A stretch of 64,000 nucleotides of DNA from assembly GCA_963706335.1 (NCBI GenBank), contig CAVPME010000019.1, positions 150,432 through 214,431 of the forward strand, read 5' to 3'. This document shows positions 18,621 through 28,976 of this stretch, piece by piece (position 1 is the stretch's first letter; every line of letters starts with the position of its first letter). This DNA comes from Terriglobia bacterium. Lineage in GTDB: Bacteria > Acidobacteriota > Terriglobia > Terriglobales > Acidobacteriaceae. Made by a program: the position numbers and the translations under genes. Below the pieces are notes generated by a model. It was given only the letters and a program-made list of their open reading frames with translations, was not told where the DNA came from and searched no databases.

Positions 18621-19302
18621 GTGTCATCGCATCATCATCCCGGCAAGTTTCGTCACCTTCGAAGGACTCGACGGATGCGGAAAGAGCACGCAAATCGAAA
18701 AGCTCGCGGGTGTTCTTCGCGCGCAAGGATTGTCAGTCGTGGTTACGCGTGAACCTGGCGGAACCGCGACCGGAGAAAAAATCCGCCGCCTGCTGCTGGA
18801 CACCGCGACCGCAGGCCTGTCTCCGATGGCGGAGTTGTCCATGATGTTCGCGTCACGCGCCCAGCACATTTCGGAAATCATTCAGCCGGCTCTCTCAGCG
18901 GGAAGCATCGTCCTCTGCGATCGCTTTACTGATTCCACGGAAGCCTATCAAGGCGGAGGCCGCGAGCTCGGCAGCGAGCCGGTCCTGGCGCTGCATCGGA
19001 TCCTGTGTGGCGATTTACAGCCGGAACTCACAATCCTGATGGACTCCGATGTAGCAGCCAGCGTCGACCGAGCCCGCCGTCGTAATAAAGCCGATGCAAC
19101 GAAGGAAGGCGGCGGCGAGAGCAACGAAAACCGTTTTGAACAGGAGAGCCGGGCTTTTTTTGGCCGCGTCCACAAAAGTTATCTAGCGATTGCTGCGCGC
19201 GACACGAACCGGGTTGTGCTGGTGGATGCGCGCGGTGCGGCGAGTGCAACCCATTTGAAAATAGTGGAGCTTGTAAGCCGAAGATTCAAGCTGGCGGCTT
19301 GA
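18621..19302 (+). CDS. tmk: Thymidylate kinase. Apparent +1 indel at the T-run near 18648, between start GTG 18621 and the P-loop.
   Basis: GTG 18621 gives MSSHHHPGKF. The next frame continues VTFEGLDGCGKSTQIEKL...TREPGGT...DRFTDST (ORF track lists only 18730..19302). Confidence 0.9.
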
Positions 19303-19322
19303 GCGTGTCAGCTATCAGTCGC

Positions 19323-19451
19323 CCAGCTATCCGCTGTCAGCTTCCACCATCCAAGAATTTCCGTGTACTACCTCTGCTAAACTCGAAACTCGTTCTTAGC
19401 AGAAAAATCTGAATATCAGTTTTTAGCTGATGGCTGAGAGCGGATAGCTGG
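19323..19451. repeat. 19-nt inverted repeat (18/19 match) separated by 91 nt in the tmk-holB spacer
   Basis: Left arm CCAGCTATCCGCTGTCAGC (19323-19341). Right arm GCTGAGAGCGGATAGCTGG (19433-19451). Confidence 0.6.
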
Positions 19452-19457
19452 ACAGCC

Positions 19458-20552
19458 GTGTTCAAAACCTTTCAAGGCAATTCCGACGTTGTGCAACGCT
19501 TGCGCGAAATGCTCGCGCGGGATCATTTCCCTCAAGCCGTGATTCTTGCCGGCTCCGCCGGGTCGGGTAAGTACACGCTCGCTCTCATGCTGGCCAAGGC
19601 GTTGAATTGCCTTTCACCAACCCTCACCGACGGGTTGCCGGATTTTTGTGGAACTTGCTCTAATTGCGTTCGGATCGCCCAATCCGCTGATCTCGATGCT
19701 CGATTCGCCGAAGCCGTCGAAGCCCGTGAAAACCTGCGTGAAACTGACAAAAAAGAGACCCGCCTCTTCGTCCAAACCCATCCCGATGTGCTGATCGTGC
19801 CGCCCGACCCGCCCCAGATGATGATCAAGGTGGACCAGGTTCGCCGTGTCATCGAAACGATTTATTACCAACCGGGCGAAGCGAAGGAGAGAGTTTACAT
19901 TTTTACCGAGTCGTCGTTCATGAAAGAAGCAGCAAACTCGCTGTTGAAGGTGCTCGAAGAGCCCCCCGGGTTTGCGACGATTTTCTTGCTGACAGAGAAT
20001 TCCGGCGAGTTGCTGCCTACCATCCGATCACGTTCGATGATCGTTACTCTGGCCGCTTTGCCGGCCGAACAGATCGAGCAGGATTTAGCCAAAAACCGGC
20101 CCGAGTGGACCGGGAAACAGCGGGCGCTAGCGGCTCGCCTGTCGAATGGAGCGATCGGCGCGGCACGCAACTTCGATCTTGCCGGCTATACCACCGCGCG
20201 AACTCAGGCACTGACCATTCTCAATACCGCGCTACGCGCGACCGATCACAGCGAATTATTTAAAGTGACCGAGACCTTTCGCGCCGGAGCCGAAGGTCGT
20301 GACAAAATCGAAAAGCTGTTGCGCACACTCTATAGCTTGTTGCAAGACCTCACCTTCCTCAACTCCAACGCAACGGAGCTCGTACGCAATACGGATATTC
20401 AGAGTGAACTGAAAAAGCTGGCAGAATCGGCAGATTTTGAGTGGATTGCCATGGCCGCTGAACGACTCAACGACGTCGAGCGGGGAATGCGCCGCAATTT
20501 ATTGCGCTCACTGTCTCTGGATGCATTCGCGACCGCGTTAGAGAGGGCATAA
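19458..20552 (+). CDS. holB: DNA polymerase III delta-prime subunit
   Basis: FPQAVILAGSAGSGKYTLALMLAKALNC...CGTCSNCVRI...VLEEPP; adjacent to tmk as in many bacteria. Confidence 0.9.
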   Translation: MFKTFQGNSDVVQRLREMLARDHFPQAVILAGSAGSGKYTLALMLAKALNCLSPTLTDGLPDFCGTCSNCVRIAQSADLDARFAEAVEARENLRETDKKETRLFVQTHPDVLIVPPDPPQMMIKVDQVRRVIETIYYQPGEAKERVYIFTESSFMKEAANSLLKVLEEPPGFATIFLLTENSGELLPTIRSRSMIVTLAALPAEQIEQDLAKNRPEWTGKQRALAARLSNGAIGAARNFDLAGYTTARTQALTILNTALRATDHSELFKVTETFRAGAEGRDKIEKLLRTLYSLLQDLTFLNSNATELVRNTDIQSELKKLAESADFEWIAMAAERLNDVERGMRRNLLRSLSLDAFATALERA

Positions 20553-20816
20553 GGCCGGACTTCAGTCGCCTTCGATCCCCGAACGCCGATCGCAGAATGT
20601 TCATGGCAGAATGCCGGTGGCAGAAACGCGAACTACTGACTCTGACCATCGATCACCGTACCAAATTGTTCCTCACTCAAGTCCTTGCGCCAGCATCACT
20701 TGAACATTGTCAGACCCGTCGCCGCTGTGCTAGGTTAGGAGCAACTCACGCCTTCAGTATCCACAATCACAGCAGCGCGTGTTGTGGCCCGCAAAAGCGT
20801 GTCAACGGGTGGCGCC

Positions 20817-21245
20817 ATGAAAGATACGATCGATTCATCTCCAGCCGAACGTCCAGTGGAAGCAGAAGGCTTCGCGAATCGCAAGCTCATTCGGCCTTCT
20901 CTTAACCGTGCGGACCATAATCACGGGTCCCAATCCAACGGTGAACATAGGCCTGAACGTCCAGAACGCAGTGAGCGCGGCGATCGCCACGGCGGTGGGG
21001 GTGGCGGTGGCAGAAAAACGGCTCCGCCCGAGCAGACCAATGCCGAGAACTTCTATTACCAGAAGCAGATGCAAGCCAAAACCCCGATGGTGATCGTGCT
21101 GGGGGATGGGGAAGAGATCCGTGGAATGATCGAGTGGTACGACAAAAGTTGTATCAAGGTCAACCGCAATGGCCAGACCAACCTTCTGATCTACAAGCCC
21201 GCGATCAAGTACATGTACAAAGAAGGTGAGAATAGTAGGAAATAG
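20817..21245 (+). CDS. Hfq-like Sm-fold protein with a ~75-aa Arg/Glu/Gly-rich N-terminal extension (ORF opens at 20784)
   Basis: The C-terminal 65 aa, [59 protein letters not shown], parallels Hfq Sm1/Sm2 (..FL..L....PV.IYL.NG..L.G.I..FD....L.......MVYKHAI). Confidence 0.6.
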   Translation: MKDTIDSSPAERPVEAEGFANRKLIRPSLNRADHNHGSQSNGEHRPERPERSERGDRHGGGGGGGRKTAPPEQTNAENFYYQKQMQAKTPMVIVLGDGEEIRGMIEWYDKSCIKVNRNGQTNLLIYKPAIKYMYKEGENSRK

Positions 21246-21333
21246 CCAGCCGTCGTCGGTCTTCCGTCGTCTTCAAACGCAACCGAGATTTCCCGGATGT
21301 ATAGGTTCTGCTCATCACTGACCACTGATCGTT

Positions 21334-21885
21334 CTAGAGTTTTGGCAACACAATTCCCTTCTGTGACTGGTACTTGCCTTTGCGATCCGCGTAGCTGACT
21401 TCGCATACCTCATCACCCGTGAAGAAGAGAATTTGACAGAGGCCTTCGTTCGCATAAATCTTCGCGGGCAGGGGCGTCGTGTTAGAAATTTCCAGCGTGA
21501 CGAAGCCTTCCCACTCCGGCTCGAACGGAGTGACGTTCACGATGATTCCGCAGCGAGCATATGTGGACTTTCCTACACAGATCGTCAGCACGTCACGCGG
21601 AATCTTGAAATATTCCACGGAGCGCGCCAAAGCAAAGGAGTTAGGTGGAACGATGGCGCATTCGGAACTCACGGTAACGAACGACCGCTCGTCGAAGTTT
21701 TTGGGGTCAACAACGGTGCAATTCACATTGGTAAAGATCTTGAACTCATCGGCCACCCGCAAATCATAGCCGTAGGAAGACAGCCCGTAGGAGATCACAC
21801 CCTCCCGTACCTGCTTCTCGGAGAAGGGGTTAATCATATCGTGTTCCTTGGCCATCTTTCGGATCCAGCGGTCACTCTTCAGCAT
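21334..21885 (-). CDS. dcd: dCTP deaminase
   Basis: [12 protein letters not shown]...[13 protein letters not shown]...[29 protein letters not shown]. Confidence 0.95.
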   Translation of the reverse strand: MLKSDRWIRKMAKEHDMINPFSEKQVREGVISYGLSSYGYDLRVADEFKIFTNVNCTVVDPKNFDERSFVTVSSECAIVPPNSFALARSVEYFKIPRDVLTICVGKSTYARCGIIVNVTPFEPEWEGFVTLEISNTTPLPAKIYANEGLCQILFFTGDEVCEVSYADRKGKYQSQKGIVLPKL

Positions 21886-22119
21886 GCAGCTCCTTGACTA
21901 AATTGAGGAATGGTGGGAATTTCGTAATCTGGAAACTGGAAAATGATGCTGCTAGGTTTTTGGGCCCAAATCGCCCAAAACCTGATTACCAAATTACAAA
22001 AATGGTGCGCGGCTGGGTGTCTCATCTTACGGTACCGAAGCTGCCGTTGACAATCTCTCTTATGTCCCTTAGCATCAATCACTTGGTGGGTTATTCTCAT
22101 CCGCCGCCGGGAGCAGCCA

Positions 22120-22389
22120 GTGATCAAGCTCGACATTATCAACGAAGTGGTGAACAAGACCGGCATTACCAAGACCAAGGCCGAACTGGCCGTCGAAACC
22201 GTATTCGAGAGCATGCGACGGTCTCTTTCCAAAGGCGATCGTATTGAATTGCGAGGCTTTGGCGTATTTAACGTGCGGCCACGCAAGACGGGAATCGGTC
22301 GAAACCCACGCACTGGCGCCGAGGTGTCAATACCACCGGGCAAGGCCGTGCGGTTCAAGCCTGGCAAAGAGTTACAGTCGATCGACTAG
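22120..22389 (+). CDS. HU/IHF-family DNA-binding protein
   Basis: IELRGFGVFNVRPRKTGIGRNPRTGAEVSIPPGKAVRFKPGKEL. Confidence 0.9.
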   Translation: MIKLDIINEVVNKTGITKTKAELAVETVFESMRRSLSKGDRIELRGFGVFNVRPRKTGIGRNPRTGAEVSIPPGKAVRFKPGKELQSID

Positions 22390-22481
22390 AACTGCCCGTT
22401 CCCTGACAGTGCCAGAGGGTCGATTGTCGGCCCGACATCGTAGTCACGACAGTTCTCGTTTATCGCAGTAGCAACGCTTTC

Positions 22482-23507
22482 ATGTCTGATCTCACTCCCC
22501 CGCCTCTTAGTCCAGCCGCTGAATACCTCCCTGCAGAAACATACGTTGTACCGCGGCCAAACCAGCGCTACTGGTTGCACTCGCTGTTATTTCTAGCCAC
22601 GGTTTTTACCACGTTGGTAGTTGGCGCAAAGATGGAATTCGACTTCCTGCACAATATTCCGCCTTTTATTCATGGCAATGAATTCATTCCGATGTTTCCG
22701 CTGAATTGGGCGCTTCGCAATCCATCTAACTTGCTGCTCGGAATTCCCTTCTCGGCCACGTTGTTACTGATTCTCATGGCGCACGAGATGGGACACTATT
22801 TGTACTGTCGCTACTATGGTATTTACGCGACGCTTCCCTTTTTTATTCCAGCGCCTACGCTAATCGGAACTCTGGGCGCGGTAATTCGGATACGTGCTCC
22901 GATCCGTTCGCGCAGTGCGTTGTTTGATATTGGGATTGCCGGACCGATCGCAGGATTCGTCGTGGCCCTGACGGTGCTGATCGTTGCCGTATCTCATTCG
23001 CGGATGGCGCCCGGCGTAATGAGTAACTCCGACATAGAGATGGGCTACCCGCTCATCTTCAGAATCGTCGCAAGCTTATTTCCTATTCCCGGAGCACAGT
23101 TGGGCTCAGCTCGACTCCAGTTGCAGGACATTTACTTTCATCCCACTGCCATTGCGGCGTGGGTAGGAATGTTCGCAACGGCACTGAATCTGCTACCTGG
23201 CGGTCAACTGGATGGAGGACATATTGTTTTCGCTCTTAATCCACGGGCACACCGGATCGTTTCCCGATTGACCATCACCGCGTTGATTCCGATGGCATAT
23301 TTTTTCTGGGCGGGCTGGTTGCTCTGGGCCATTCTATTGCGGCTTAGTGGCATGCGGCATCCCATGGTGGAGGAGTGGCCGGGAGTCAGTAACGGACGCT
23401 GGTGGCTTGCGGCTTTCGGGCTGCTTCTTATGGGGCTGACGTTAACTCCGGCGCCGTTCGCCCACAGTTCACTGCAAACAGTAATTCGGGAGTTGCGCGG
23501 ACAATAA
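22482..23507 (+). CDS. M50-family (site-2 protease-like) membrane metalloprotease
   Basis: HEMGHYLYCRYYG (HExxH) and NLLPGGQLDGGHI, with multiple TM segments. Confidence 0.85.
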   Translation: MSDLTPPPLSPAAEYLPAETYVVPRPNQRYWLHSLLFLATVFTTLVVGAKMEFDFLHNIPPFIHGNEFIPMFPLNWALRNPSNLLLGIPFSATLLLILMAHEMGHYLYCRYYGIYATLPFFIPAPTLIGTLGAVIRIRAPIRSRSALFDIGIAGPIAGFVVALTVLIVAVSHSRMAPGVMSNSDIEMGYPLIFRIVASLFPIPGAQLGSARLQLQDIYFHPTAIAAWVGMFATALNLLPGGQLDGGHIVFALNPRAHRIVSRLTITALIPMAYFFWAGWLLWAILLRLSGMRHPMVEEWPGVSNGRWWLAAFGLLLMGLTLTPAPFAHSSLQTVIRELRGQ

Positions 23508-23522
23508 CCACTCCATGGGGTG

Positions 23523-24722
23523 CTAGTCTTCAACGATTCGCGCGGTCATTTGCTCGGACGGTTCACCGCCTGCGATTTCCTGCGCGACAATCAGTCTGCG
23601 CGCCTCCACTCGAATCTTAGGTAAATGTGAGAAGAATAATATCGCTGCTCCAATACAAGCCACTGCCCCGATCGTAACGGTCAGTGGAGCACCCAGCCGG
23701 TGAGCAGCGGCGCCGGAGAACAAAGATCCAAACGGAGCCATGCCCATGAACATCATGGTGTAGAGAGCCATGACACGACCGCGTAGCTCATCCGGCACCA
23801 TGGCCTGAATCAATGTGTTCGAAGACGACATCCCCAGCATCATGCAGTATCCCACCGGCAACAGAAGGGCTGCGGAAAGCCAGAAGTGTCGCGAAACTGA
23901 AAACAACACTAGGCTAATACCGAATCCACCGCACGAGAACGCGACCCAACGACCCAGCCCGCGCACTCCCGCGCGAGTGGCCAGGGTCAGCGCACCGAGC
24001 AGTGCACCCACGCCGGTTGCTCCCATCAGAATTCCGAGGCCGCGTGCCCCGCCATGCAGTATGCGGTCCGCAAAAACGGGCATGAGTACGGTGTAAGGCA
24101 TCGCCACCAAGCTGACCAGCCCGAGCAGAAGGAGCAATGCGCGAATGGGAGCCGTATTGCGAGCAAACTCGAACCCTTCGATCAAGCGGGCCATCATCGG
24201 GGCGGATGGTGCCAATCCCGCAGGGCGATCGACGCGCATCAACAAGAGCCCGGTAATCACTGCGATATAGCTCGCAGAATTCGCGAAAAAGCACCAACCC
24301 TCACCAAATCTCGCCACCAAAATTCCGGCAATCGCGGGACCGATAATGCGCGCCCCGTTAAACATGGACGAGTTCAGAGCGATGGCATTCATCAGATCTT
24401 CTTTACCGACCATGTCCACCAGGAACGATTGTCGCGCAGGAATGTCGAACGCGTTAACGACGCCGAGCATGACCGCCAGTACGAAAATGTGCCAGACCTG
24501 GACAACGCCGGTGAGAGTCAGCGTGGCAAAGATCGCGGCCAGCGTCATTGATGATATTTGGGTTGCAATGACCAATTTCTGGCGATTGAAGCGATCTGCG
24601 GCGATCCCGCCGAGGGGCGCCACCAGAAATACAGGAAACTGGCTGGCGAATCCAGTTGCGCCAAGCAGGAAGGGAGAACCGGTCAGGCGGTAAACCAGCC
24701 AGGACTCCGCAACGGTTTGCAT
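23523..24722 (-). CDS. MFS transporter (EntS/MFS_3-like). The true N-terminus probably extends to about 24800.
   Basis: 12-TM-like hydrophobic profile. The in-frame upstream sequence encodes LRALRHRNFQLFFGGQLISLIGSW, typical of this MFS subfamily, but contains no canonical start codon. Confidence 0.8.
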   Translation of the reverse strand: MQTVAESWLVYRLTGSPFLLGATGFASQFPVFLVAPLGGIAADRFNRQKLVIATQISSMTLAAIFATLTLTGVVQVWHIFVLAVMLGVVNAFDIPARQSFLVDMVGKEDLMNAIALNSSMFNGARIIGPAIAGILVARFGEGWCFFANSASYIAVITGLLLMRVDRPAGLAPSAPMMARLIEGFEFARNTAPIRALLLLLGLVSLVAMPYTVLMPVFADRILHGGARGLGILMGATGVGALLGALTLATRAGVRGLGRWVAFSCGGFGISLVLFSVSRHFWLSAALLLPVGYCMMLGMSSSNTLIQAMVPDELRGRVMALYTMMFMGMAPFGSLFSGAAAHRLGAPLTVTIGAVACIGAAILFFSHLPKIRVEARRLIVAQEIAGGEPSEQMTARIVED

Positions 24723-25139
24723 CCAGGAGCCAATTAGGGAGATAAGCTGTCCGCCGAAGAAAAGTTGAAAGTTGCGATGGCGTAAAGCACGTAAAGTTGC
24801 AGGCAGCCAACCGATGCCGGACGGCGGCTGAGCCGACGTTTCCGTTAATTGGCCCTGATTTGGCCTGGAATTACCTGAATCGATACCTTTCAGTGACCTT
24901 ATCCTTCCACTTCAATCCGTGCTGAAATGCTTTCTTGCCGGGCACCCACATTGGGATTTCCACACGGCATTGGCCAACTTCCAGCTTCCGGCCGGCCGGA
25001 ACCTGGAGTAGAGTATCCGATGTTGATATCGGAGCGGGGAAGATTTCGCGTCGCTCAAATTAGTGTTGGTGCAACCAGTATAAAGCTGTATTGTTGGCGA
25101 ACGGGAAATTCCGACGAAAGGCCGGCTGGGGGAGAAAGT

Positions 25140-25619
25140 ATGAGCACCGATGATCAGATTCGCCTTGAACGCCGGGCAGCGCAACGTTTTGATTTCCAGA
25201 TTCCGGTTAACATCCGCATGACTGGTACCGAACTCGAAGGTTATGGCTTCACGCAAGACTTGAGCGGTCGCGGAGTATTTTTCTACACGGACTTTTTGCT
25301 AGCGGAAGGCGACGCCGTGGAATTGACCCTGGTGATGCCCTCCGAAGTTACACTCAGCGAGACCTCCCGGGTTCGCTGCCGGGCAAAAGTTCTGCGTGTT
25401 ATTCCGGTTGAACAAAAGTTCGGCGTGGCAGCGAAGCTGGAAGGATACGAATATTTGCCGAAAGCCGAGGCCGCTGCCAAGGTCACTCTTAGCTTTCCAC
25501 AAGCTTCGCCCGCCCATGGCATTCGATCGAATTCGCCCGCGCAACTGTCCGGCACCGGGGTAACCGTCCCCGAAATCGCCATCGACCGGACTGGCACCGG
25601 ACGTCTGGGAAACGGATAA
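25140..25619 (+). CDS. PilZ-domain protein
   Basis: GGGGGAG RBS lies 6 nt before ATG 25140. RRAAQR plus DLSGRG motifs. Paralogous to 42940..43332. Confidence 0.8.
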   Translation: MSTDDQIRLERRAAQRFDFQIPVNIRMTGTELEGYGFTQDLSGRGVFFYTDFLLAEGDAVELTLVMPSEVTLSETSRVRCRAKVLRVIPVEQKFGVAAKLEGYEYLPKAEAAAKVTLSFPQASPAHGIRSNSPAQLSGTGVTVPEIAIDRTGTGRLGNG

Positions 25620-25713
25620 GTCCAGGTTCGCGTTCCAGAGGCTCGTAAGCGGTATCCAGGTTCCGAAACGCCGCATTTTCCCTGCCAGTCGCGGTTTTCC
25701 GCAGCTTCCTTCT

Positions 25714-25741
25714 TTCCAAGTCCGATAATTTTGCATAGAAT
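25714..25741 (+). promoter_or_regulatory. Possible promoter TTCCAA-N16-TAGAAT upstream of the CpaE-like gene
   Basis: Hexamers read by eye. Would imply a ~190-nt leader. Confidence 0.2.
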
Positions 25742-25930
25742 GTCTACAGAGGAAAAGCTAGTTCGGGCTCCTCCTCGTGTTTGTCCCCCGACTGTTTCGT
25801 CAAAAGAATCAAAGTATGCGATTGGGTTTCGGCAGCCTCAATTCTCCCGAATCGATGGGTGGCATTACGGAAGTCATTTGGCGTAGTCCTTATATTTCAA
25901 TAACATGCTGATATTAGCTAGAGTGATGCC

Positions 25931-27163
25931 ATGCAAGGTGTAGCAGTAACTCTTCTGACTGAAGACAAAGAGCGGCTTTCGGTACTCCAGCACCGTCTGG
26001 AAGGAACCGGAATGGGCCGAAATGTCTTCAGCCACGTAGGATTTCCGTCAAGCCCTACCGATCCGATTCTGCGTCAAATGCAGGATGCGCACACGGATGT
26101 AGTTCTGCTGGACATCGATGGCCGCAATGCCCAACGGGCCATCAGCACTATTGAACTGATCCAGGCGAACACCAGCGAGATTGCGATTTTTGCGGTGGGA
26201 GAAATGGACCATCCCCCCACCATCGTTGCAGCCATGCGCGCCGGTGCCGGCGAGTTTCTGGAACGCAACGCAACCTCAGAAGCTTTGATCGAAGCACTCA
26301 CGCGTTTTGCGGCCTCTCGCGGTAAGGGACGAACTTCGTCGGGCCGGGCCCGGATATTCACCGTAATGAATTCCAAAGGTGGAGCGGGTGGAACCACCGT
26401 TGCCGTCAATACTGCGATCGCCTTGCAGGAATCCCAGGGTGGAGTTTTGCTGGTAGATTTCGCGCATCTGGGGCATTGCTCCCTTCATCTCAACGTACGT
26501 CCCACTTTTGGAGTCGTCGACGCCCTGCAAAATCTGCACCGGCTGGACGCATCTTTGCTCGAGGGTTTGATGACCCAGTGCAAAGGCGGCCTGCAATTGC
26601 TGGCGGGGCCGCAACAACCGTTGAGCTTGACTCCGTCAGCGGCAGAATTGGCCCGTCTGTTTGATCTGCTGGTCGCGCATTTCCGTTATGTAGTAGTCGA
26701 CTGTTCAGGCCGCTTCGATCAGACGGCCCGCCTTCTCTGTGATCTTTCCAACGCTGTGCTGCTGGTCGCTCAAACCGATGTGGTTTCACTGTGGAGCGCC
26801 AGCCGCATCCGTACATTTCTGGAAGAGGGCGCCACCCGCGACCGAGTTCGAATCGTGCTTAACCGCTACAAGAAAATTCCCGGATTTACTGACGAGGACG
26901 TGGAAAAGGCGACTAACTGCAAGCTGTTGTGGAAGGTTCCGAACAACTACCAGTCGATCGCGCCCGCAATCGATAAGGGAGCTCCGGTAGCGCTTGAAAA
27001 TAACGATATTGGGCGCTCCTTTCAGTCATTGGCGGGAGCGTTAGCCCAGGCGTCCCCAGCCGGCGAAGGCTCGCTGGATTTGACGTATCAGGATCTCCGA
27101 AGTGGATCGTCAAGGAAGACAACCGGCAGGTTGCTGATTTCGCCTCTGCGCGCTAATCAATAG
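25931..27163 (+). CDS. CpaE/TadZ-like protein: receiver-like N-domain plus ParA/MinD-type ATPase with an atypical Walker A
   Basis: DVVLLDIDG...AGAGEFL receiver-like region. FTVMNSKGGAGGTTVAVNTA is a deviant Walker A lacking the second Lys, as in TadZ. No other tad/cpa genes in the window. Confidence 0.7.
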   Translation: MQGVAVTLLTEDKERLSVLQHRLEGTGMGRNVFSHVGFPSSPTDPILRQMQDAHTDVVLLDIDGRNAQRAISTIELIQANTSEIAIFAVGEMDHPPTIVAAMRAGAGEFLERNATSEALIEALTRFAASRGKGRTSSGRARIFTVMNSKGGAGGTTVAVNTAIALQESQGGVLLVDFAHLGHCSLHLNVRPTFGVVDALQNLHRLDASLLEGLMTQCKGGLQLLAGPQQPLSLTPSAAELARLFDLLVAHFRYVVVDCSGRFDQTARLLCDLSNAVLLVAQTDVVSLWSASRIRTFLEEGATRDRVRIVLNRYKKIPGFTDEDVEKATNCKLLWKVPNNYQSIAPAIDKGAPVALENNDIGRSFQSLAGALAQASPAGEGSLDLTYQDLRSGSSRKTTGRLLISPLRANQ

Positions 27164-27189
27164 TCCCTTACCCACCATTTGCAAAGAAG

Positions 27190-28898
27190 TTATCGACCCG
27201 GCACGTGAAAAACATACAGCGAATGGTCGAGAATTTCGATTCTCTGCTCTTGCAACAGCCAGCGATAACTTTGTGGATCAGTCAAGAACTGTCCGGAAAG
27301 ATTGGTCGCGCTCACAATCACGGTACCCGAAGGACGGGCTTTTTCCGGGAGCGGACGGGCTTGAATTCCGTAAAGAGCGGGATCGACACTCCCAAAGTAC
27401 GCGAGCGAGACTGAGCTCGGCCGGATGGTCATGTTGATATTCTCGAAGCGCAAGCAGTCCCTGTCCCCAATCGAGATTGCTGTCGGTCAGCAGACGATAG
27501 CTTTCCGCCGGGCGCACGAGCACATTGAAATATGAAAGATATCCGGGGGCATAACGAAGAGCATCAGCGGCATTCAGCGCTGCGAGCAATATGAGCACTA
27601 CTGCGGCGATGCGTTTCCGCGACGCCCATTCCCACACGATCGCCGCAAACAGCAGGGCAAACGGATACAACGGGCAGAATGTGCCTTTCGCCGATGTTAA
27701 AGCGCGCAAAAATCGCCATCGCCAGGTAAATCGCAGGAAATGATATCATGATCCACACGTCGGCCGGAATCCGGACTCGCTTTCTCAGAGCGAGCACAAA
27801 GTCCGGCGATAGCCAGCCCGAGCACGGCTGTCGGCCACTTCAGCAGGATCGCAACCGGGTAGTACGCTTTCCATCCACCTCCACTTGAAACCTGTCCCAG
27901 AAAAAAAGCGGCTTGCCCGTGCCGGTTGTGTCTAACCAGTTCGCGAAAACCTTCGACGTATTCGCCTGCGGGAATCAGCAGACTGTAATTTCTGTTCCCG
28001 TGTACCGGCTTTACGATCGGCTCGCTCCAGTTGGGAAAGGTGGCGGTCAATGTGCCGTCACGGACGGTGAGACGCGATACATGAAAGAAGTATCCTGCCC
28101 AAACGACGAACAATGCGAGCTGCCAGTGCCGCGACCGCTTTGCTCCAGTTCCAATGTCTGGGATCGCGGATTATCTTGTCCGTGCCGAGCAGCAACATCC
28201 ACAGCGCGGCCAGCACAAACATGGGCACGGTCGAGAATTTGACCAGCAGCATACAGCCCAGCAACACTCCGAGCAGACAGGTATGCGTTCCAGGTTGGAC
28301 GGCGAGCGCCAGCGTGGTCAGACTCCATGCGGTGGCAAAGATGAACAACGTGGCGGCGCCGTCGGTGGTGGCAATCGAGAAATGAGCGATCAGCGAGGGA
28401 GAGAACACGAACAGAGCGAGCGCGAAATTCGCTGCGCCCCGCGAAAACAACTGATCTGCCGCTCGCCAAACCAGCCAGGCCAGCAACAGGCCCAGCAAAA
28501 CGTTCATGGCACGAGCGCGCCAGGCGAGCGCTTCCGGATCGGGAGCAATACGTGTGATGTGAAACGAGTCGGGCAGTTTTTGTACGTCCACTTGCCACTT
28601 AGCGATCGAGCAGTGGAAGCGCGAACCACAAACGCGCCAGCGGAGGATGATCGTTGTATTGTTCGAATCGTCCGTAGCGCCAGGCGTTCAGGCCCTCTGC
28701 GATGTGTACGGGTTCGTCGTAGGTGAGCGACTGGGTGCGGATGAACCAGGCACACTGGACCACGTAGAGAAACGCCAGCAGTGCCGGAAGAACCCACCGC
28801 GCCGCTCCCGAGAAATTTTTCGGCGCGAATGCGATTGAAGTCGATTGCGCCGTTTCCGGCCAGGCCATTCTGAGTCCGCTGTCTTCGCGGAAGTTCAC
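27190..28898 (-). pseudogene. GT39/ArnT-like (PMT family) membrane glycosyltransferase, broken by at least 5 frameshifts
   Basis: Colinear fragments at 28599..28898, 28058..28591, 27697..28113, 27564..27797, 27278..27709 and 27190..27453, each in a different frame from its neighbour. N-terminal YDEPVHIAEG...DHPPLARL is typical of this family. Confidence 0.75.
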
Positions 28899-28976
28899 TT
28901 TACTTCAGCGTGCGAGAAAGTTCCACCAGGACGTAGCTGCTAGACTGTAACGTTTGAGCGCGTTCGCCTAATCGCC

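Noticed and set aside
18640-18655. Programmed ribosomal frameshifting as an explanation for the tmk, dnaK or SBBP frame breaks.
   Set aside because: No slippery heptamer with a downstream structure was seen at these sites. The breaks occur in many unrelated genes, and up to 9 times in one gene, which does not fit programmed recoding.
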